Below are positions 1 to 13,226 of a stretch of 64,000 nt of DNA, piece after piece; the first letter of the stretch is position 1, and each line of letters starts with the position of its first letter. The stretch is from Selaginella moellendorffii. Its lineage: Eukaryota; Plantae; Lycopodiophyta. The DNA is taken from contig NW_003314388.1 of the NCBI RefSeq assembly GCF_000143415.4, positions 186,001-250,000 on the forward strand. The letters run 5' to 3'. Under the pieces are notes generated by a model, which saw only the letters and a list, made by a program, of their open reading frames with translations, had not been told where the DNA came from and ran no database searches. The position numbers and the translations under genes were made by a program.

Positions 1-1450
1 ACTTATTGCTAACACAAAGAAAAGCCCTGAACAAACTTACCTTGCGAGGTGGAGAGGTGCGAGAGTGGACCGGGCCTGTCAAGGATCAGCGACGGATCAT
101 GATCGTTGTTTTCATTGAGGTTGGACCATTGTCATGTACATTTTCAACAAACATTTTGGTTAGAACAAACAGCTCACGAACCTGTTAAACTTCGACTTCC
201 ATATCGTTGGACAGCCAGAGTTTTCATGATCGTTGTTTTCGTTGAGGTTGGACCATTGTCATGTACGTCTTCAACTGGATTGAAGTTTTGAAGATTGCAG
301 ATGCCCGACGTTGTTTCTCAGCTCGCAGGTCTTGCGTTGAGCAGCAGCAACATCGCTGACAATCTCTACAAAATGTTGGCATAGAATCTCTCCAATCTCG
401 TAGCATTTTTCTTCTTGGACACAGCGTTTTTTAGTTCTTATCGTGGTTGAGCAGCACCAACATGTCACTTGTCTTTTTGATGACAAGAACTTTGAACAAA
501 TTGAAACACACACAAACCTGACAACAAGTTTCCCTTCGCGTTGAGAGTTCCTTGGATCGTTGTTTTGCACTTAGCTTGTTTGAGTTGTTTGTTCAAGCAT
601 ATTATATTAACTTGGACTGTGTGCGTTGAGCATAGCATCGAAAAGAAAGAGCGTCTTCAAACGTTGAGAGTTTCAACACGAATTCTTAATCGCCTCTAGC
701 CTAGAGAATACCTCTTAGCTCGTTGCAAGCAGCTTCGCTTTCTTGTCTCCAGCAAATCTCTCTTGTTTCGTTGTCTTACTCTAAACGAACTTACCTTTAC
801 CTTGCGAGGCGAGAGTGGACTTGATCCGTCGCTGATCCTTGACAGGCCCTGATCGTTGTTTTCATTGAGGTTGGACCATTGTCAGGTAGAACTTCAGCTG
901 GATTTAAGTTCTGAAGATCGCAGTTTCCCAACGTTGTTTCTCAGCTCGCAGGTCTTGCGTTGAGCGCAGCAACAACACAACTCAAAGCTCCAAAACGTTG
1001 ACACAAAATCTCTCCAATCCAGTAGCATTTCTCTTCTTGGCACACGCTGTGACATGGCGTTTTTCAGTTCTTATCGTCGTTGAGCAGCACCCTTCATGAC
1101 AAGAAATTAGAACAAATCGAAACACACGCGAACCTGGCAACGTGAAACTAAGTATCGTTGATTGTTAGTTTTGTTCGTATTCACACAGCGTTGTCCACAT
1201 CGGTGAGTTTCCCTTCGCGTTGAGAGTTCCTTGGCCCGTTGTCTTGCACTTTGCTTGTTTGAGTTGTTTGTTGTGTCACTGGCCCTTTTGCGTTGCAATC
1301 GAAAAGAAAGAGCGCGTTGAGAGTTTCAACACGATTTCTTGATCGCCTCTAGCATACCTCTTAGCTCGTTGCAAGAAGCTTCGCTTTCCAAATCTCTGTC
1401 TTACTCGCTTATTGCTAACGCAAAGAAAAGCCCTACCTAAACGAACTTAC
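1..1450. repeat. Degenerate tandem repeat array (about 650-700 bp units), family also at 50600-52610 and 56800-56975
   Basis: Recurring blocks such as gatcgttgttttcattgaggttggaccattgtca, gttgtttctcagctcgcaggtcttgcgttgagc and ttcccttcgcgttgagagttcctt; reverse-complement copies at 50.6-52.6 kb. Confidence 0.85.
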
Positions 1451-1673
1451 CTTGCGAGGGTGGAGAGAGGCAAAGCGGCCTACCATGGGCAGAGGGGAAG
1501 GATCGGCGACCACCAACCCCAACCCCAAGATCCGCGGCATCCACCATCACTGCCCTAGCCCTTTATCATCGATGAACTCTAAACTTGAGCTAAGTACCAC
1601 TACTTTATATAGACAGGGCAAAAAGGGGAAGTTCTCAATTAGTGCAAAACGAAGCATCTTAGGAGCTACTTAA

Positions 1674-4600
1674 TTACTCGTCGCTAGTAGCGGGAGGAGA
1701 CGAAGAATCCTGCTGATCGGACAGCCTGCTGGATGGCTCTTCCGTGCTGCTGTTGCGTGCCTGCACGGTAAGCTTCTGGATCTCAGCCGGCGATAGGATC
1801 CGTATGCATCGCACCGTCGTGCAAAACTCCCTGAAATGTAAAAACTCTTTTAAGCAAACACACCATGAAATGCACAGACGAGATCTTACTCCCAGGGGTC
1901 GTCTCCGACGAGCAGCATGTCGCCTTCGTTATCTACGTACACGGTTTGCCACTCGGACCCGTTCAGGCTCTCGTCAATGCCGAACAGATGCTGCAGCTCC
2001 TCCAGGAGTTGTGTGTATCCCCGGAACTTGGACAAGTCCAAAGCTCGTCCCACTGCACCGTGTTTGTGAACCTGTGAAAAGTAGAAGAGATTCAGAGTCT
2101 GGCGCTTCAAATAAAGAATGATATCTTACTTTGGTGCAAGTCCTGCTTGGTTGCTGTTGTTGCTGCTGCTGGTTCCAGTTCTGGCCAGTAAAACACTTCC
2201 TGAAGCCGGAAGCTTCTGACTCGAGATCCTTGTGGACGTCGTCTTTGACGGTGCTGGCCAAAGCTGTCTTTGGTTTCAACGAGAAACCAAATAGTTTGCA
2301 CTCGCGGTCAGAATCGTTTGCATTACCTCTTGCAAGGGGCTCCTCAACTCCTGAAAGAACAAAAAAGAGTAGACAAAAAAGCATTACATAAGAAGTGACG
2401 ATGGATTTTACTTACTGGGAGCCTGTTGCAGCGAGGACAGCGTAGGCGACATGAGAAGCTTAAGAAAAGAGTTGTCTGTTGTATGTTGAGGCTGCAAGTA
2501 GACTGGGCAACTTAATGCTGCTTGCCGAGAAGCGAAGCTGCTGGTTGGAGAAGGCTGCTGCGGTTTCTCGAATTGTAGAGGAACCTTCTGCTCTCGAAAC
2601 TGCTGAACACAAAGCCTAAGCTGCTGCTGGTGCATATCGACTTTACGATGAGATGGTAGCCCCTCGTTTCCGGGGCTTGGCAATCCAGAAGGAAAACCAG
2701 GAACACTATGACCCTCAGTAACTCTTGAAGTTACCTTAGCCTCAGAATAGAGAGCTGTAGGAGACTTCAGGAGAAAGTTTTCCCTCTCGTCAGCCTCGTA
2801 CTTGTGAGATGTCTGCAAATTACGGTTGGCCTGTAGGATCTGACGAAGATGATTGTCGTATGACTTTCGACTGACACCTGATAATAGACCAAGGTTTAAA
2901 AGTGCATGTAGAGAGTATCGAAACGTACTTATGTCTGTGAGCATTGTTGGCCTGAATCTCTTCGTCGAAACTGGGGGAGTCACATTGGGAGCAATAAATG
3001 GCTCTATCTCCCATGGTGACACCCTCTCCTGTCTTTCGCTAGCCGCGTGCTCGTCCCAACCGACCTTATATAAAAAAGGAAGAAGCTAAAAAATGCGTCA
3101 CTTGAAGACAAGACTCTTTACCTTTAGGAAGCGCCATTTAGAGCCAGGCCATCGAGCTGGATCGATATCGCCAATTCCAGTAATAGTTCCCATATATCTG
3201 ACACTACCGAGTACTGTTAGCAAAAGAAGACAAAAAAAAAAAGATTCACTTCAAAACGATTTACCTTCTCTCCGACGAATCCTCAGTCTCAAATCTCATT
3301 TTGAAGCGCATACCAATCAAAATGTTCATCTTGAAAGATTTCACGTACTTGTGGTATGGAACAACAAATTCAGCTGGACTAGCCCTGAAGAAAAACAAAT
3401 TCATCACTTTGCCGTGTTAAATCCAAAGAATGTCAAACCGAGGATTGTAGAACACGGTGAACATGGTCTTAGTGGATACAGCATGAGCAGCAGCAGCCAG
3501 GACTCCAATTTGCATACTGTGGCTAGACAGTAGCGAAGACGAAGTGACACTGCTCTGCGTGCGCACAGCACGCCTAATCCCGATTCTCAACTCACCATTA
3601 TCTCCCCTACGTGTTACGAAATATTATTACGGTATGAAAAACAGATCAAATCCGTAGCTCACCTGACAAAGAGAACGGTATCGCCAGCAACAAGCTTCTT
3701 CTGGCTTACAAAAACACTCCACCCTGTCGTCAAAAGATGCCTTCGTGGTTGTCCTGGATAAGACAAGAATTTTGTAAGAAAGTATAGCCAAAAACTATGT
3801 ACGAACCTCGGTAGATGTGGCGGAACTTCCATTCAATTCCATGAAGATCTTTTGCTATAATCTCCTGAGCTGGAGGGGTTTGCTGATAATCCTGGAATCC
3901 AGTTTAACGAATATATGGAGTGACATATATCAGGATATACGAGCTTACCAGTCGGGGGAAGCATTCTTCAGCGGCACGCCTCGGAACAGAAAATCCTCCA
4001 TGAGTACTTGTGTCAGAAGATGTCAAGTTTTTGCAGAACATGGACAGCTTGGCCTTTGAAGATGCTGTAGGTTCATCAAGCTCCAGTGATTGGTCAAGTT
4101 GCTGGTCAGAAATACGAATATAAAATAGCTACATGTCCATGCACTTGAATCAATTAGACAAAAAAACCTCGTTTTCAGGAACGAGAGTCATCTGCGCGTA
4201 GACTTCATCCGTTTCCCGATACGCCTGTAACATAAAAGAAGTTTCACAAACATCCCTCTTGGCATTCGCGTACAAAAAGGTGGAAAAAGAAAACTTACAC
4301 CCAGCGACAAGTTCAGCACTCGACAGAAAATCTGGGATGGAAGATTATACTGCGGGATTTGCAAATCCGCAGCGTTTTGATTTGTAGAGGCCAGAACCTG
4401 TCAAGATCACGAATAGCACCAACGTGTTAGTTCTCGCCTTGCTTTCCCAATATAAAACTCAGCCGGATAAGACAAACACGCACTACAAACCTGTTCAATG
4501 TGACCCTGAGGAAAGTAGACAACTCTATCGCCTACAAGAGGAAGACAAACAAGAGGTCCAGCACAAGCATGCCAAGCCTCTGAGTCGAGTGAGCTGCCAC

Positions 4601-4881
4601 CTGGAAAACAAAAAACAGCGATCGCCGTTGAAACTAAAAGAAATAATACTTTTTTAAAGGAGAGGAAAAACCGAAAGACCTGAACTTCCTGATGAAACAT
4701 ATCCGCTGAACGCCGAAACCCGTTGTGGGATTTGTCTTCCCATTGCTGGAACCTGTGGCGATGATGATGAGCCATCCGGCCTCGGTCCTGCTGGTCGAGC
4801 GAAAATTGTCCCGCTTGTTGCTGCTGCTGCTCCTCCTGGCGTTGCATACATTCGTGGAGACCCGATGCCACTCTCTCGCAT
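1674..4881 (-). CDS. ARF: Auxin response factor, class B (ARF2/ETT-like repressor); multi-exon, B3 DBD + Auxin_resp + PB1
   Basis: Exon 1 4881-4680 (MRESGIG...GSSG) splices in frame to [28 protein letters not shown]3 motifs [51 protein letters not shown]; [12 protein letters not shown]; RVSPWEIEP; CKLFGFSL repression motif; PB1 [16 protein letters not shown]...[20 protein letters not shown]; TAA at 1676-1674; GT-AG introns. Confidence 0.95.
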
Positions 4882-5377
4882 CGCTGCGGAGAAAGGACGA
4901 TCCGGCTAAACGAACCTGTAAGAAGGACTAGCTATCCCATGTCCCCTCTAGACTATCCCTTGTTACCGTGAGTTCTATGCACTGCTTGTATCTATCTATC
5001 TAATCTTGATCAGGACCGAGAGCTTCACCCCCTAGAACGCCTCCACATCTACAGCGTCATTCTCGAGCCCCGACCAAACTCTTCGTCCTCGTCCTCTTGT
5101 TCTTCAAGTCTCATCCTGCAAGAATCACAAGAACCATCGCATTAGAGAGGAAACAAAAAAAGAAAAATATATCTGATTGGGAGGACGACAAAGAAGAGCC
5201 ACACAACACTTATGCCAACAGGAACCTAGCAACCAACGCGAAAAGCGGTGGATCGGTAGCACAAGGCCTTTCAATCGGCCCGGCCAGGCAAAGGACAAAA
5301 CGCTCACGCTCTTGCCAAAGGCAAGAATCACGGACAGATCTTGCGCGACACACCAGAAGGAAGAAGACCCCCAGATT

Positions 5378-5728
5378 TCACAGAAATTTGCGACGCTCGC
5401 GACGCCCGTGATGCGATTGGCCGCAAGCAGCAAGGACGCGGCCAAAAGATGCAAGAAAGAAGGGATCTCTCGACCAAATCGGACAAGGCGAGCGAGCAAG
5501 CAGCCACCAGATCGACACGGGGATAGCGCGAGCGATTTTGGCAGCGCGGAGCCTTGCCGAGCGGCAAGAAGAATGCAGCGCGGCCAATTCGTGCAGCATT
5601 GGGCAAAATATCGCTACCAGGCAGCAAAGAAGCAGCAAAGATTCACCAAGAACACCAATCCACGCATCGCCATGGCCGGATCACAGACCTGCGCTGCGCT
5701 GCCGCCGCGGATGGAGCTCCTCCATCAT
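5378..5728 (-). promoter_or_regulatory. Cluster of three consecutive ATG-initiated upstream ORFs in the putative ARF 5' leader
   Basis: ATG ORFs 5728-5681 (15 aa), 5673-5614 (19 aa), 5599-5378 (73 aa); candidate leader intron acceptor cttacag near 4916; TSS not determined. Confidence 0.45.
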
Positions 5729-6496
5729 CCCGCTGCCTTCGCCTCCACGCGCTCTCTTTGCTTGTTCTTCATCTTCTTCCGCCTGGTTTCCCTTAAACCT
5801 CAGGGTTAACTGTGGTGGGGTTAAACAAAACGCCTGGCCTTTTTACCGCGGGCATAAGATTATTCCGGCCGGTGGAGGCAGACGGCGGCGCGTGGTTTTT
5901 CGCGCCGTTAATGCCCCGGCGGCACCAGCTGTCACATTAGCCGTCGCGTAGAGTGAAGGATCTCTAGCCTGAATATGCTCTTGTCCTGCGTGGCAGCTCC
6001 CCGTTGGTTCCCAGCACACATTTTCTTCCACGTCGGTGTACCGTACAGTGGCGCGCGCGACCACATGGTGGGCCATGGCGAATCATCATTGGGGACAGCG
6101 GCGGTTTTTTGGCATGTCGGCCAGGGAGCCGGCAACTAACTCGCCACGTTGCCCTAATTAGGGCCAGCTGGCATACCCCGCGCCTTTTAACGAGCGCGCG
6201 GTTAAATCGGAGAGAATCTGGTTCGTTTTTTACGGCGGATCAGGTCTCACTCAATGGCAGGTGATTGAGATTGGGGAGACCCGGGGGCTATCGTGGTTTG
6301 TGGCTAGTAGTAACTCCTTGTTACAGTGACAGGTGAAAACATTTTTTACTATTGGCTAGAAGGGAATATATCGCTTGAGAGAAAATCGCCGCCCCAATGT
6401 GACATGCTACCACCTCAGTATCTAATTGAGGAAAATCTCACAAAAGGCGCCAATGCGTTATTGTCACAGCGCGGATTCGAACCCCTGATCTTGAAA

Positions 6497-7359
6497 ATGG
6501 TGGGAGGATTTCTAGGGCGCCGGGTTGCTGCCGCGGAGGGGGGATACTTCGCTAGCCGATCGCGCGAGGCCATCGCCAATCTCCGCAGGAAGCAGCAAGA
6601 ACAGGTAGGCAGCAGCAAGGAATCCAATTCCGATGTCGCGCTGCTGTCCGAGGCCGAGAATCAAGCCAAGGCGGACGTGCTGCCCGAAATTCTCCAGCAT
6701 TCCATCCCCCTAAGGCCGGGGAAGGAGGAGATGAGCGTCGACTCGGGCTTGAGGTCGGAGAAAACCATAGCCAGCCCAAGGATTGACCCCGGCGACGGCT
6801 ATCTCACAGCCACTCCAAGAACGTAAGCTGGATTTTGTTCAAACTCTTTTGCTGAGATTCTTTTCTTGTGCCTAGATGGGGATTCAGGCCGCTGGAAGGA
6901 TTTAACAGGCAGCCATCGACAGCAAACGAGACGAGAGCGGCGCCGGAGATGAGCGCGGCTCAAGCAAAGCTCGTCGTGGAAGGCTATCTCATGAGTAAGA
7001 ACAACTTTTTCGCTTTTAGTTTTGAGCGCTCGTCCAAGTTTTTTTCCCCGTGTCCTTCCAGTTGTCAAGGCCTTCTTTATAGGCACTGCTCTGGTTTGCG
7101 GAGGGGGTGTTTTAGGCGCTAAGATGATAACAACTCGTCTGGGCATCAAATCCGTAAGTGTGTAGGTGGATTTTTAACGTTTGGCTGACCGATTCGACAG
7201 ATGGATGATATCCCCGTGAAAGGGCGAGAGTTTTTCCAGCCAAAAGTTGATGGCCTGCGAGCGATGCTGGAGCCCGCACGCCGCAAGGTCCACGGACTGC
7301 GTCAGCATCCTGGTGATGTAAATGCAGCTGGTGAGAGTCTAGTGGAGAATATGCAATAA
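6497..7359 (+). CDS. Conserved plant protein of unknown function with one predicted TM segment (about 4 exons; 3' end uncertain)
   Basis: MVGGFLGRRVAAAEGGYFASRSREAI...ADVLPEILQHSIP; spliced continuation RWG...STANETR...; IVKAFFIGTALVCGGGVLGAKMIT hydrophobic stretch; MDDIPVKGREFFQPK; GT-AG junctions near 6822, 6993, 7153. Confidence 0.7.
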
Positions 7360-7599
7360 AGAAAAATATATTCTATGAATATTCCCCAAAGTTAATATAT
7401 TGAGGAAGATGGCAGCGAGGCTCTTGGCGGCGTGCAATCTAGCGGCGAGGCATACCCCCTGCTCGCGAGGTCTGCGAACGACAGCAAAAGCAGCTGGAAG
7501 CCTTCTCACAGACGCCACTGCTCAACGAGCCCGGGGGTAAGTTTCTGCCGCTGCCAAAAGTGTTCACGGGGCTCTGGCGATACTCAAGAAAGCACGAGC

Positions 7600-8930
7600 C
7601 GCTGGTGTCTGTGAGGAGCTGCTACAGCAAAATCCTCGACTCACGGTGAGACGTCAGAGGTAGCTTCCATGGTTGTGTTGGGCATGCCCAGGATCAGCAA
7701 GTCCGGTTTTGTCTTCGTTCTGTTGTGGGGGCTCCTTCACAAGCGTCGCTGGGATCTCATCCTTCTCAAGTTCAAAGAATCCAATAGGTACTACGCCTTT
7801 AACAAGGACAGCGAGATTACATCCACTGCCAACCTGGTCGTTGCCGCAGAATGGGTAAGAGCAAGGCAAGGTGGGTACCTGGCGGACTGGAAGATGATAA
7901 AGGACCACTAGAGCCTGCCTTGCAAGACTGTTACCAGACCGGGACAATCACCACCACCTTTTCAAGGGAGATGATGTGATCAGGCTTGTTTTCCCGACTT
8001 GGTCTCATTAAGAAATCCACACGCTCAATGATTGGGTGTTCAAGCATCCAAAGGCTGAGGTGGACGAGAGGTTTGACAAGTGGGGAGGCATCCCAAGGCA
8101 TGTGCTATCCAAGACTGGCATACATCAGCGGCAAGAGTTTGAGATGTAATTCACAGAGTTGCTAGGGCTGTGTGTGATAGCAAGAGGCTCAATGCTGGTC
8201 AGGATGGCTATGCTTCAGATCTTGTCTACCACATAAGAATGACCAGACTTATGCCATTGCCACCAAGAAGTTGGCCACGTTGTATATCATAGACAAGATG
8301 GCAGAGTGTCTTAACATCAACATTCTGGATAGAGTTTTGAACTACGACATGGCCACAGTGGATTTCAAGAATGGTGAGTTCTTTGACAGGAAGTTCCACC
8401 AGGTGCTTCTGCAAGGCTGCTGTGTGCGTGCCATGTGACGATTAACAAGAAAGGCTTGTTTGGGCTGGAGGAGCAGGCAAAGTCTTTCATCAAGGCTACG
8501 GGTCTGATGCTTATTGAGACGGAGTTTCCATAAGATATGACTCCAGAACAGCTTGATCACACTGTCATCAAGCCAAAGGATCACAATAACACGAGCTGGG
8601 ATATCATCTATGGCAGAAGAGTTCTCCAGCTGATAGTATCTGACAAGAGAAAAGATGAGAGGCTCTTCCCATATGGCTGAAGGCTCAGCTAGAAGAAAGC
8701 ATTTGACTTCCTCTGGAGCGTGTACAAGGATGGCAGCTTGGAGCTTGTGTTTGTTGTCCCACTGGTAAAATTCAGTGAGTTCAGTGTCACTGTGCATGGG
8801 GGAACTTCGGATGATGCAAGGTTGAAGATCATGAACAACTATATAGCCGCTGGTATCCAGGTGAAAAAGGTTAATTGTTATATGGGAGCTAGGGATGAGA
8901 ATTTGATCTTGCAACTCACCATGTCGTAAT
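7600..8930 (+). pseudogene. Degraded Crinkler (CRN)/RHS-like P-loop NTPase + REase-type effector gene
   Basis: Broken-frame motifs in the expected order: VVLGMPRISKSG (Walker A-like GxPGIGKS, ~7672), FPTWS, ERFDKWGGIPRHVL (~8063-8107), GEFFDRKFHQVLLQG (~8373-8417), LELVFVVP..F..F (~8738); stops and frameshifts present. Confidence 0.6.
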
Positions 8931-11900
8931 CTCTTCTTGTTTTCTTTTTCTAGCTATTTATTTTAGATATTTAGAGTGCTTAATACATAAATATGAATAT
9001 TTGTATTAGCATAATAGGTTCTTAAGAGTATAGAATGATAAAGGAGCTGCTGATATCATTGTGTACAAACACTTTGGATCAAGCTGTTTGGAGTGGTGCA
9101 AGTGGGTTTCTCCAGGGCAAGAAGTATTCTTCTTGTTGGAAAGCCTCTTGCTGTTCAGAGATCTGAACAATTGTTTTTTAGGCAAAAAAAGCAAGTATAA
9201 ATTTTTGGAATACTCAGGTAGACATTAAATCAAAAAATAAGAAAATCATAAACCAGCTTGTCTAATATGCAAGAACATGTGAATATTTTTTTTTAGACAA
9301 TATTCTATTTTTAAAAAATACATTGAAACATTTTTTTTACCAATACCAATATTGCCATTTTTCACCATGGATTCAAGAAGTTCTAGAATTTCTAGTCTCT
9401 TTTCTCCAATCTGCCTCCTATGAAAACTCCATCAAGTTACAAATAGGTAAAGTCTAGATCAAGTAGTGGTTTACATGTTTTTGATATTGGTTTGTTTTTT
9501 TGTTTGGTTTATAGACTTATTTTAAATTTAAATATAGTGAAAGAAACAACCAGATTCCACTCTGTTAGATCCTAGAACATCATATAAGTCCATATCAAGT
9601 TACTTAACAAAAAGATCAAAAAAGAAGAAAGATTCTCACTACTTTGAATGTAAATTACTAAGTGTTGTAGTTTGCTCTTTGCCGTGGGCACACCACAAAA
9701 GAGCACAAGAAAAGCATCATATGAAGGACATATGCTTCATACATGCAAAACAAAACAAAAAAATGAAGAAAAAAGTGCAAAGCTTAAATATATTGATTAG
9801 AAAGATTATTTTTGTAAAATTGACACCCAAAAATTAGTTTAAGACTCTCAAAATCATAATAAAATGTTATTAAATTAATTATTACTAATATGAAACGATA
9901 TAATTATTTCTAATTAATTTAATTATTCAAAATTATACATAAACCCTGATCCTAATAAACAATTATTTAGGGTTTAGGGTTTATTTTTAGGGCAAAGTTA
10001 GTGAGGATTCCGCTTAGTCTAAACATCTATATTCCCAGAGGTCACTCTGAGAAAAAAATCATAGAATAGATGGGGTTTTCCTCATTTGCTATGAGGTGTG
10101 GGCAAAGCATCTGGATTGGCAAGTGCAGCCAGCCAGCAATACTTTTTTTCTGGATATACATCGGTATGTGGCTACTTGAAGTGCACAGAGCTTAAATCAC
10201 ACATGTGGAAAATTGGGATGGAAAGAGCAATCAACATTCTATGGCTCCAGGAACACAAGATGGCAACAATGTTGGATTTCAATGTGGGCATCCAAGAAGA
10301 CCCTAGTGGTACCTAGCAATGGATTGTGGTGTCAAGGCCCAGAGGTGGCACAAAAATGGTGTTGACAAGATGGTTGGCTCAAGTTACAAGTCTTAGTTCT
10401 TAGCTACACACAGATGGTAACCCTAAATCTCTACTACATGAAGGTCTAAAAACAATGGTGGCACATGATGGTGATATTAGGAGACTTGAATATGGTGGAG
10501 ATTTGAATAAGTTGACTGCATGGGATCTGAAGAGACTGCCTAAGGTACACTAGTTGACCAATTGGGTGTACTTGATCTCCAAACAACTGAAGACTTCCCA
10601 CCATATGTACACCTATTCATGTATTTACTCACTTTTCTTCCATCCTTCTTCAAACAAGGAAATCAAGTGGAACAAGTTTTTTTCTATGGTGAACATGCTT
10701 TGATTGTATTACTAATCAGATGAAATCTCCTGAACTCCTACTAATATGTCCTTAAAATCTTTAGCTTCTTCTACATCACTTTTGTCCTTATATCCCTCAC
10801 TATCACTTTACATCAACCATAGTCTACACACATATCACCGTTGCCCAACTCTCACTATACATACCTGATCATCTCATTTTCATTTCCCACTATATACGAC
10901 TTTAAATAAGCATTTTTAAACATCACTTCATCATAGAAGCTCTTCTAAACACGTAAAAATAAACAACAAAATATTCTCACTCACAAGGTATAACATATTT
11001 GATAGATTAGTCCCATACTACAACTTTCTTCCCTTTTGGGCTTATTTCTTTTTCTACTAGAAGACCCCAAGGGCCTCAGTGCTTTTAGAGGTGCAAACAA
11101 TAGAGCTAACAACCTTTTCTCTCAGCTCAAATATTAGGTGTAGCACTTTTGCTACCTTTTGAGTGGTGGTCTAGCAGTTTTGATATATGCAAATTTAAGT
11201 CTCATGACATCAGATTCAAAGCCCATCCATAAAAACACTCACTTATATTATCCATCTATAGATATCCTCTTTTATCACACTTTCACATTATAATCCATCT
11301 CATTTCTCACAGTTACCAGTACTGATGCATTCCTTGTGTTTTTTTTTTTTTTTTCCATTCTCGGCCAAAGTTTTAAGTGCAAACTATATAAGCTTGAGGT
11401 TACATTAGCATATTCACTTTCCAATGCATGGGAGCTAAATTCAAGTTTGTTCCATTTAGTTTTCTTACTCTTTTCTCATTCTCTTTTTCCCACTTTTTTT
11501 AATCTCTAATTAAATTATATAGTATCCCACTGGGTTTTCCCCGTGTCTTTGAACTTTAAACTCTTATCTCATATTTTAATTTTGTCTTCATTCATTTTGA
11601 CTTCCATTTTCAGCTTTTTTTTTTCATGTTTTCTTTGCCATATCTCTTTATTTCTGTAGTTACCCTCTTTGGACACTACATTCCAACACATAGGACCATC
11701 TCAATTGTGAATTCTTGTATGCTAGAGTCTTGTGAATCCCACTAGTGGTTGCGTACTGCAGCACTAACTTGTCACTACCATGTTCTTGCATTCATGGCTT
11801 TGAGTGAATTTTAAAAAACATCATTTCCCAAATTTTCATTATTCTTTTAGCTCTAATATTATTTTGTAAAATATTAATATCTTCTTTATGTTATGCTACT

Positions 11901-12499
11901 ATTTTTCAATTACTTTAAATTTAATGTAAATATAACTTTGTCAAAATATGTAGATAAGAAAAATATTTCACTATTTATATTTTAAAATGGATTAAGCTTT
12001 TAAATCTTAATATTCATAAATATTACTATCCAAGATAATATTTTTATTTAATAATGAATTGCTCTTTCAAGATAGAATCTTCTTTATTTACTATCATTTA
12101 TTATCCCACCTTATCTTGAAATAAATAATTATAAGTATACTGGATCATTATTGACTAATAAACTTATATATAAAAATCCTTGTATTCTTAGTAAAAACTT
12201 AGCAAATATTAAATGTTATTTACAAACACCTCATACCAAATAAGTATGTTCTACTTTATTGTTTAAAAGGTGTCTTTTCTTAAGGCATTTTTAGAGGCTC
12301 TTTTGAATTATAGCTCTTTATTCAGCTTGAATTACAATAATTCTATATTTTGAATCCTTGTGATAGTATAAAGTTGGCCATTAGAATAAATCAGATACTT
12401 TTTTTCTCCTAGATTTATCTATGAAAAGACAGCTAACACCTATAGGGAACACAATCAAGAGTTCCCTATAGCCCCAGCCTAGCCCTAGCCACAAGTGGG

Positions 12500-13226
12500 C
12501 TTCATTAAATATAAACTATTGAATTTCAAAATAAATTGCTAAGAATCATTTAAAAGAAATAGTAAAAATCTAAATCTAAATCAAATAAATTACAACATGT
12601 CAAAATCAAAGCATTTAATACATATTTTTGAAACTCTTATTAAGCATTAAAAAACTTGTAAGATTTCTATATGGCTAGGGCAATATAGAAATCTAGTATG
12701 GGGGAACAGAAATCAAGTATGACAAGAGAGGATATGTTTATTGTGAGCAAGTAAGTACTGCATATACTATTTTAGTATATTTAACATAAAATGTATGGCA
12801 CACATTAGGCAATATTGTTGGGGGATATTTCTATATTCTTAATCTTACATTAGATGAGTGATTAATTTCTTATAAAGGTGCAATGTATGGCACACATTAG
12901 GCAATATTATATGTGCACCATAGTAAGCTAAACATGGCTTACTATGGTGTTAGATTAGATGATTCTCCCTTTGCTTGATTTTATTTTAAATATACTAAAA
13001 AATCATGTAGTACTTACTTGCTCACAATAAATATATCCTCTCTTCTCATACTTAATTTCTGTTCCCCCATAACATTATTCCCTAATGTGTGCCATACATG
13101 GCACCTTTATAAGACATCAATCACTCATCTAATGTAAGATTAAGAATATAAAAATCTTACTAGTTTTTTTAATGTATAATAAGAATTTCAAATATATATA
13201 TTAAATGCTTTGATTTTGACATATTG
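12500..13226. repeat. AT-rich foldback (inverted repeat) element; right arm continues at about 23714-23795 beyond the inserted retroelements
   Basis: 12500-12672, 12697-12763 and 12830-12908 are reverse complements of 13146-13226 plus 23714-23795, 13005-13071 and 13075-13150; perfect 13-bp hairpin at 12916-12949. Confidence 0.75.

Noticed and set aside
2805-2850. Possible tasiR-ARF target remnant (QILQAN versus KVLQGQE) in the ARF middle region
   Set aside because: Too degenerate to support pairing
4407-4871. Gln/His-rich 154-aa ORF as the ARF N-terminus
   Set aside because: Starts at GTG and reads through an intron; the ATG at 4881 in another frame splices correctly into the DBD
9950-9995. 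TTTAGGG repeats (also 31705-31722, 46304-46346)
   Set aside because: Only 2-3 units; telo-box or interstitial motifs, not a telomere
10060-10600. Higher-GC, coding-like patch in the AT-rich region
   Set aside because: No recognisable motifs in any frame; cannot assign
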